From UHGV virus genome UHGV-2156197: a DNA stretch of 40,124 nt. One strand, given 5' to 3'. The position numbers were made by a program, and so were the translations under genes. Source of the stretch: a virus. Position 1 is the first letter of the stretch. Each line of letters begins with the position of its first letter. A model generated the notes under the pieces. It was not told the DNA's origin and did not search any database. It was given only the letters and a program-made list of their open reading frames with translations. Positions 35,350 to 40,124 of this stretch are shown here, piece by piece.

Positions 35350-35721
35350 ATGAGTAATGACCGCATGACCGTAGTGCCAGATTTTCTTGGCGAACTGGAT
35401 GCCGGCGTGTTCATGAACAAAATCGCGGCAGCACTTAATACCACCGCGCTTGGCGTTCTGAACAACGGCAACAAAGGCAAAGTAGTCCTCACATTTGATT
35501 TTGAGCGCATGGGTAATTCCGTTGAAGAGAAGCGCGTCAAGATCAAGCACAAGCTGAACTACAGCACCCCAACACCGCGTGGTAAAGCCTCCGAAGAGGA
35601 CACAACCGAAACCCCGATGTGGGTCAACAAAGGCGGGAAGCTCACCATCCTGCAGGAAGATCAGGGTCAGTTGTTCGGGATCACTGGCGCGGTGGATGGA
35701 AAGCTTAAAGCGGCTCAGTGA
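35350..35721 (+). CDS. hypothetical early protein
   Basis: 123 aa; ATG with GAGGG SD; first clear gene of the leftward early operon. Confidence 0.55.
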   Translation: MSNDRMTVVPDFLGELDAGVFMNKIAAALNTTALGVLNNGNKGKVVLTFDFERMGNSVEEKRVKIKHKLNYSTPTPRGKASEEDTTETPMWVNKGGKLTILQEDQGQLFGITGAVDGKLKAAQ

Positions 35722-35777
35722 TCCGCAACAACAAACTCACTGATACCACTTCGATCATCAGTTAATAAGGAATTTCT

Positions 35778-36548
35778 ATGTCTCAGTTAGACAGCGGTAC
35801 ATTTCAGCAGGTAAAAGACCTGGTCCTTTCTGGCTACCACCTGAATGATATTCATGGCCTGGCTTGCCCGACCGCATTGCTGCCAGATGGTACTAGCGTT
35901 GAAAGCCTTGAGCGCTTTTCTCTGGAGCGTTTCCGCTTCCGTGGTGCAATGACAACAACCAGTATTGACGATTTCGCACGTTATTCTAAAGGTTACGCCA
36001 GCGACAGTGAGCCAGCACGTTGCTTCATTGACGCTGACAACATGACCGCCCGTTCAGTGTTCAACATCGGCAACCTGGATAATCCCGGTCACGCCGATAA
36101 CGTTGCTTCGATCACCCTGAAGAAAACCGCGCCCTTCCGCGCGTTACTGCAGATCGATGGTCAACGTCTGAAGCAAAAGCAAATCGCCGAATGGCTGGAA
36201 GACTGGAGCGATTACCTGCTGGCGTTTGATGCTGATGGCAATACGATGCAGATTTCCCAGGCAGCTCAGGCTGTGCGTCGTATCACTATTCAGCAAGCAA
36301 CCCAGCAGGACCATGAAACTGGTGATTTCGCTGGTAAAAAATCGCTGATGCAAAGCGTTGAAGCAAGCAGCAAAGACGTAATGCCTGTGGCGTTTGAATT
36401 CAAATGTGTGCCGTATGAAGGTCTGGGCGAACGACGTTTTAGCTTGCGTAACAGCCTGCTGACCAGCGATGAACCCGCTTTGTTCTGCGCATCGTCCAAC
36501 TTGAAGCCCAGGAAGAAGAGATCGCCAATGAATTCCGCGATCTGCTGA
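35778..36548 (+). CDS. DUF2303 / YfdQ-like protein, C-terminus apparently frame-disrupted
   Basis: 256 aa in the track frame; a more protein-like C-terminus ([33 protein letters not shown]) continues in another frame to a stop at 36602-36604. Confidence 0.7.
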   Translation: MSQLDSGTFQQVKDLVLSGYHLNDIHGLACPTALLPDGTSVESLERFSLERFRFRGAMTTTSIDDFARYSKGYASDSEPARCFIDADNMTARSVFNIGNLDNPGHADNVASITLKKTAPFRALLQIDGQRLKQKQIAEWLEDWSDYLLAFDADGNTMQISQAAQAVRRITIQQATQQDHETGDFAGKKSLMQSVEASSKDVMPVAFEFKCVPYEGLGERRFSLRNSLLTSDEPALFCASSNLKPRKKRSPMNSAIC

Positions 36549-36616
36549 TCAGCAAGTTCGACGGTGAATCAGTGGAAACTTTCATCGGTAACTTTAAAGC
36601 CTAATTGCTCTGCATT

Positions 36617-36643
36617 AAATCCCCGGCACCGCGGGGATTTATT
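36617..36643 (+). terminator. rho-independent terminator after the YfdQ-like gene
   Basis: 9-bp stem AAATCCCCG / CGGGGATTT with 6-nt loop, then ATT; 13 nt after the alternative-frame stop. Confidence 0.5.
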
Positions 36644-36732
36644 GAAGCGTAATTCCATTAATTATCGCCACCCGGCGAGGGATTCGTGCAACCAAAATCT
36701 GCGCGGTGCAGCGCGCCAATATGGAGAAAACG

Positions 36733-37272
36733 ATGAGCTACATTCAAACATTATCCGGTAAAAAATTTAACTACCTGACCGCCACAATCGACGATATCGA
36801 TGTTGAAGATATCGCGACAGCTCTTTCCAACATCTGTCGATTCGCCGGGCATCTACCAGAGTTTTACAGTGTGGCTCAGCACTCTGTGCTTGTTAGCCAG
36901 ATTGTTCCGCCAGAGTTCGCCTTTGAAGCGTTGATGCACGACGCTGCGGAGGCATATTGCCAGGACATTCCGGCACCACTCAAAGCATTGCTGCCTGACT
37001 ACCAGCGCATGGAAACTTATGTTGATGGTCTTATCCGCTTTAAATTCGGTATCTCTCTTGAACAAGCTGCTGTCGTGAAATATGCCGATCTCACCATGTT
37101 AGCTACCGAGCGCCGTGATCTGGAAATCGATGACGGTTCGAAGTGGGAAATTCTCGAAGGTATTCCCTGCTCTGATCTCGTTCAGGTTATCCCTCTCCGT
37201 CCTGGTCAAGCCTATGGCCTGTTCATGAATCGCTTTAACGAACTGATGGAGCTGCGCCAATGCGCCACATGA
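36733..37272 (+). CDS. yfdR: HD-domain 5'-deoxynucleotidase, YfdR-like
   Basis: Close match to recalled E. coli YfdR (ICRFAGHL..FYSVAQH..FEALMHDA.EAYCQDIPAPLK); start trimmed to ATG 36733 with GGAG SD (track start GTG 36706). Confidence 0.8.
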   Translation: MSYIQTLSGKKFNYLTATIDDIDVEDIATALSNICRFAGHLPEFYSVAQHSVLVSQIVPPEFAFEALMHDAAEAYCQDIPAPLKALLPDYQRMETYVDGLIRFKFGISLEQAAVVKYADLTMLATERRDLEIDDGSKWEILEGIPCSDLVQVIPLRPGQAYGLFMNRFNELMELRQCAT

Positions 37273-37436
37273 AGGTAAAAGAGCTCGTAGCGGAGGCTTT
37301 TGCCTCCATTGCTGAATTACCACCAAAGCATGCACCGCTTATGCGCGAAGTCGCCACCAGACTGGACGCTGCGTTCGCAGCATTAAAAGAGTCTCTGGTG
37401 CAACTGGAACAGGAACGTAAAGGTAAAACGCCATGA
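37269..37436 (+). CDS. hypothetical small protein (55 aa), translationally coupled
   Basis: ATG overlaps the YfdR-like stop (ATGA) and its stop overlaps the next ATG (ATGA); below the ORF-track length cut-off. Confidence 0.4.
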   Translation: MKVKELVAEAFASIAELPPKHAPLMREVATRLDAAFAALKESLVQLEQERKGKTP

Positions 37437-37687
37437 CCGTATTTGAATATCTCCAGGCTCATCCGAATACCACCAGCGGTGAAATCGCCAAAGGTATGAA
37501 CAAAAAGACACCCGCGGTCGCTGGCGCATTATCGCAACTCTATGGCACCGGCCGGATCGTGAAGTCTGGTGTTCGCAAGGGCATTCCAACATACCGTGTT
37601 AACGATATGCCGTTTGGGTGTAGTAACAGCCTAACCATGATGTTTAACCAGCTGTTGAATAGAGCAAGACAGGGAACTGCACAATGA
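37433..37687 (+). CDS. hypothetical winged-helix-like DNA-binding protein
   Basis: 84 aa; HTH-like TSGEIAKGMNKKTPAVAGALSQL; ATGA coupling on both sides. Confidence 0.5.
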   Translation: MTVFEYLQAHPNTTSGEIAKGMNKKTPAVAGALSQLYGTGRIVKSGVRKGIPTYRVNDMPFGCSNSLTMMFNQLLNRARQGTAQ

Positions 37688-38223
37688 GCAAATCACTTGA
37701 AGTGCTGATTGCCAAAATCAAAAAGCAGATTGAAAGCTATGACTCCGTAATTTTGAAGGAAAGTGAAGCCATGGCACTTATCGCAGAACTGGAGGCAAAA
37801 TCCGCGCCAGAATCGTTCAGTGTCATCGGCAAAAACATTTTATCGCAGGATAACCGTATTACATCCGACCCGATGTTTTGCGTTTACCAAAAGCGCGAAA
37901 TCGTTGTTGATGCTCATTACGACTATGACCGCATCGTTTGGATTGATGAAGATGGTAACGAAGCTAATGAGCGCCAACGAATGCGCCTTGAATTGCTCCA
38001 TGAAAACTTCCGTGAACCACCTGAAAAATGGCGCAGAGTTGCCCTGAAAGAAATTGATGATTTCGTTACCTGCTGTTTCACCGAACAGGGATGCAAAGAC
38101 TACCTAGCATGTAATGGCCACAACCTACGACTGCCATTCATCTACGTCAAAAGCGGATTTAGGAATGCTGAGTTTATCAGCGTTCGTAACTGGCTCGCTG
38201 GCATTGGCGTGAAGGGAGAGTGA
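37684..38223 (+). CDS. hypothetical protein
   Basis: 179 aa, ATG start overlapping the previous stop. Confidence 0.6.
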   Translation: MSKSLEVLIAKIKKQIESYDSVILKESEAMALIAELEAKSAPESFSVIGKNILSQDNRITSDPMFCVYQKREIVVDAHYDYDRIVWIDEDGNEANERQRMRLELLHENFREPPEKWRRVALKEIDDFVTCCFTEQGCKDYLACNGHNLRLPFIYVKSGFRNAEFISVRNWLAGIGVKGE

Positions 38224-38226
38224 GAT

Positions 38227-38520
38227 ATGTGGCGAGGAACGAATCGCGGCGGTAGCCAGATGATACTCACTGCCTACGAATACGACCCAGAAACCAAAAA
38301 ATCAAAGTCGGTTTACCTGCTACGGCATCACAGCAAAGTTAAGCAGACCACGCTTGAGCAAAAACTTATTGTTGAGAACGATGCGTTTGGTCGGTTTAAA
38401 CCGATGGTCGAGCTTACCGACTTTCCAGAAAGATTAAGCGAACGAGAAGCGATGCTGAAGCTGGCCGACTGGCTACACCGACTTGGCGTGGCGATTGAAG
38501 ATAACTGGAGCACACCATGA
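38227..38520 (+). CDS. hypothetical protein
   Basis: 97 aa, ATG with GGGAGAG SD. Confidence 0.55.
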   Translation: MWRGTNRGGSQMILTAYEYDPETKKSKSVYLLRHHSKVKQTTLEQKLIVENDAFGRFKPMVELTDFPERLSEREAMLKLADWLHRLGVAIEDNWSTP

Positions 38521-38720
38521 CAACTAACAACCACCCGGCGAACGGTCCTGTATCACTCGATCGCCTGCACCAGATACGCGAAATACTCAGCAAAGCAGCA
38601 GCACAAAGTGACGGCGGTAATCTCGGATACGCAATGGCTGATGCTGTGAAAGTGATTGATGGGGCTATTGCTGCGCTGACTGCCGCTGTCACCCAGGTTA
38701 TCGAAGGAGAAGGACGATGA
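38517..38720 (+). CDS. hypothetical protein
   Basis: 67 aa, ATGA overlap with the upstream stop, GGAG SD. Confidence 0.5.
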   Translation: MTTNNHPANGPVSLDRLHQIREILSKAAAQSDGGNLGYAMADAVKVIDGAIAALTAAVTQVIEGEGR

Positions 38721-39655
38721 GCGAAATCAGCCAAACAGAACGAGTGTCAGACGAAGAACTCGACCAGATGATATGGAAGTTAGAACGTGATGGTATGACG
38801 CCAAAGCAGCTTTCGCTGATGAGAGAGCTGCGGGAGCGAAGGAAGGCTGTGGGTGAGCCGGTGGCGCAGATTGAAATAATTAGCGGTGTTCTGGTTAACG
38901 AGAGATGGATGCATAGTTCACTGCCAAATGGATGGCATGATTTATATGCATCACGGCTATCAGGTAATTCCGAACAACTCGAACCTGTAAGTAATCGTGA
39001 TGAGTTGAAAAAGGGATTGGCAGCCATTCGTAACTCGGGCATAGCAATCGACGGCGATATCTCCGCTTCTGACGCTGATAAGCTTGCGTCGATTATTCGT
39101 AAGTGGGCCGACGCACCAGTGCCTGCTTCCACAGATGAGCGGGAAGCATTTAACGCTTGGAATAATGATATTGACTGCCCTCTGGCTGGGCTTACTACCA
39201 AGCAAGCAGCATGGCTGGCATGGCTTAAACGTTCAGGCACCATCAAAACTTTCGACGCTATAAGTCCGCCTTTCAAGGTGCATGACGAGTTTGAGGTATG
39301 GGCCAAAGCTGAGGGATTAATACATGATTCATATGGCCTGAGAACCATTAATTCTAGTGCTGATGTTGCGAGAAAAGCATGGAACGCTTGCCGCGCCGCC
39401 ATGCTTCAGGCCGATGGTACCCTTACCAATGAGGGCACCATACATACTGGCAACTCTCCGGCAACTCCGGATTGTTGGTGCCGTACTTGCCGTCCCGTAA
39501 CGATGAGTGACATGCGATTTGTCGTTTGCCCTGACTGTGGAAACAAGCGCTGCCCTCATGCCAATGACCACAGGAATGTTTGCGCTGGAAGTAACGAGCC
39601 AGGACAGATTGGTAGCGCATATCCAGCAGCACCGCAGCAGGAGGTGAAGCCGTGA
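38717..39655 (+). CDS. hypothetical protein with C-terminal Cys-rich (zinc-ribbon-like) region
   Basis: 312 aa; C-terminal CWCRTCRP...CPDCGNKRCPH; ATGA coupling. Confidence 0.6.
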   Translation: MSEISQTERVSDEELDQMIWKLERDGMTPKQLSLMRELRERRKAVGEPVAQIEIISGVLVNERWMHSSLPNGWHDLYASRLSGNSEQLEPVSNRDELKKGLAAIRNSGIAIDGDISASDADKLASIIRKWADAPVPASTDEREAFNAWNNDIDCPLAGLTTKQAAWLAWLKRSGTIKTFDAISPPFKVHDEFEVWAKAEGLIHDSYGLRTINSSADVARKAWNACRAAMLQADGTLTNEGTIHTGNSPATPDCWCRTCRPVTMSDMRFVVCPDCGNKRCPHANDHRNVCAGSNEPGQIGSAYPAAPQQEVKP

Positions 39656-39822
39656 CCTTCAACCGCTACGTAATCACCGTAATGCTGCCGAACCTGATTT
39701 TCTGCAAATTAGTCGGCAAGCCAGCCATGGCGATTGAGAAGGTGGCTCGCCGGGTGCGCCTGGCGTGTGGCCGCCGCATGGAGCGCGTCATGATGGATGC
39801 ACCACCCAAGGAGGTTAAGTGA
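39652..39822 (+). CDS. hypothetical small protein (56 aa), weak call
   Basis: GTG overlapping the previous stop (GTGA); stop overlaps the next ATG (TGATG); hydrophobic N-terminus. Confidence 0.3.
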   Translation: MTFNRYVITVMLPNLIFCKLVGKPAMAIEKVARRVRLACGRRMERVMMDAPPKEVK

Positions 39823-40124
39823 TGGCTAACCTGCAGCTTGCAGTTAACGGTGAATACTTCGACCAGATGAAGCGCGGCGAGAAGGTTGAAGAGTATCGCC
39901 TGGTAAACCCTTACTGGTGCCGCAGACTGTCCCATGGCCATAACCAACAATTACCACGTCGCTTTGACCGACTGATTATCACTCGTGGTTATCCAAAGCG
40001 TGATGACCAGAGCAAGCGTATTGACCTCCCGTATAACGGTTACGAAGTGAAGGTGATAACACATCCGCACTTCGGGCCTGACCCGGTAAAGGTCTTCGTT
40101 ATCAAGGTGAATATCGATGCCTAA
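39822..40124 (+). CDS. hypothetical protein
   Basis: 100 aa from ATG 39822 with AAGGAGG SD 7 nt upstream (track start GTG 39819); stop at 40122-40124. Confidence 0.55.
   Translation: MANLQLAVNGEYFDQMKRGEKVEEYRLVNPYWCRRLSHGHNQQLPRRFDRLIITRGYPKRDDQSKRIDLPYNGYEVKVITHPHFGPDPVKVFVIKVNIDA

Noticed and set aside
35105-35353. 82-aa plus-strand ORF ending at the start of the 35350 gene
   Set aside because: Runs through the terminator-like stem and T-run, poor composition, no SD; likely spurious.
38698-39402. 234-aa minus-strand ORF inside the 38717-39655 gene
   Set aside because: Antisense to a coupled plus-strand gene chain; Ser/Leu/Arg-rich, no start context.

Overview
The whole 40.1-kb window reads as one lambdoid siphovirus prophage of an enterobacterial host, with lambda-type tail genes and an HK97-type head module. 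Almost all genes are on the minus strand from 588 to 33348; the repressor and early-left operon (33451-40124) are on the plus strand. Order along the window: a partial gene and a LexA-regulated dinI-like gene; tail fibre, lipoprotein and J/I/K/L/M/tape-measure/G-GT/major-tail genes; head-tail joining genes, major capsid, prohead protease, portal, terminase large and small subunits, HNH endonuclease; two glycosyltransferase-like genes; a lysis cassette (pinholin, SAR endolysin, Rz/Rz1); a Q-like gene; a nin-like block (DUF968-like, Rha/KilA-C antirepressor, RusA, a 644-aa C5-cytosine methyltransferase, an N6-adenine methyltransferase); a replication initiator with internal iterons; cII-like, cro-like and cI-like genes around a CTAAG-type operator region; then YfdQ/YfdR-like and small unknown early genes. 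I found no rRNA, tRNA or CRISPR array. The most unusual items are (1) about 1.2 kb of ORF-free, hairpin-dense sequence directly downstream of the predicted pL, where lambdoid phages normally encode N; (2) the glycosyltransferase pair inside the late operon; (3) the oversized C5-methyltransferase with four TxTAGG repeats next to a Dam-like methyltransferase; (4) three AT-rich morons, two with extended -10 promoters; and (5) a frame break in the YfdQ-like gene. All calls come from reading the sequence and recalled family knowledge; no database search or folding was run. Many ORF-track starts are GTG/TTG and were trimmed to internal starts where coupling or a Shine-Dalgarno (SD) site supported it.
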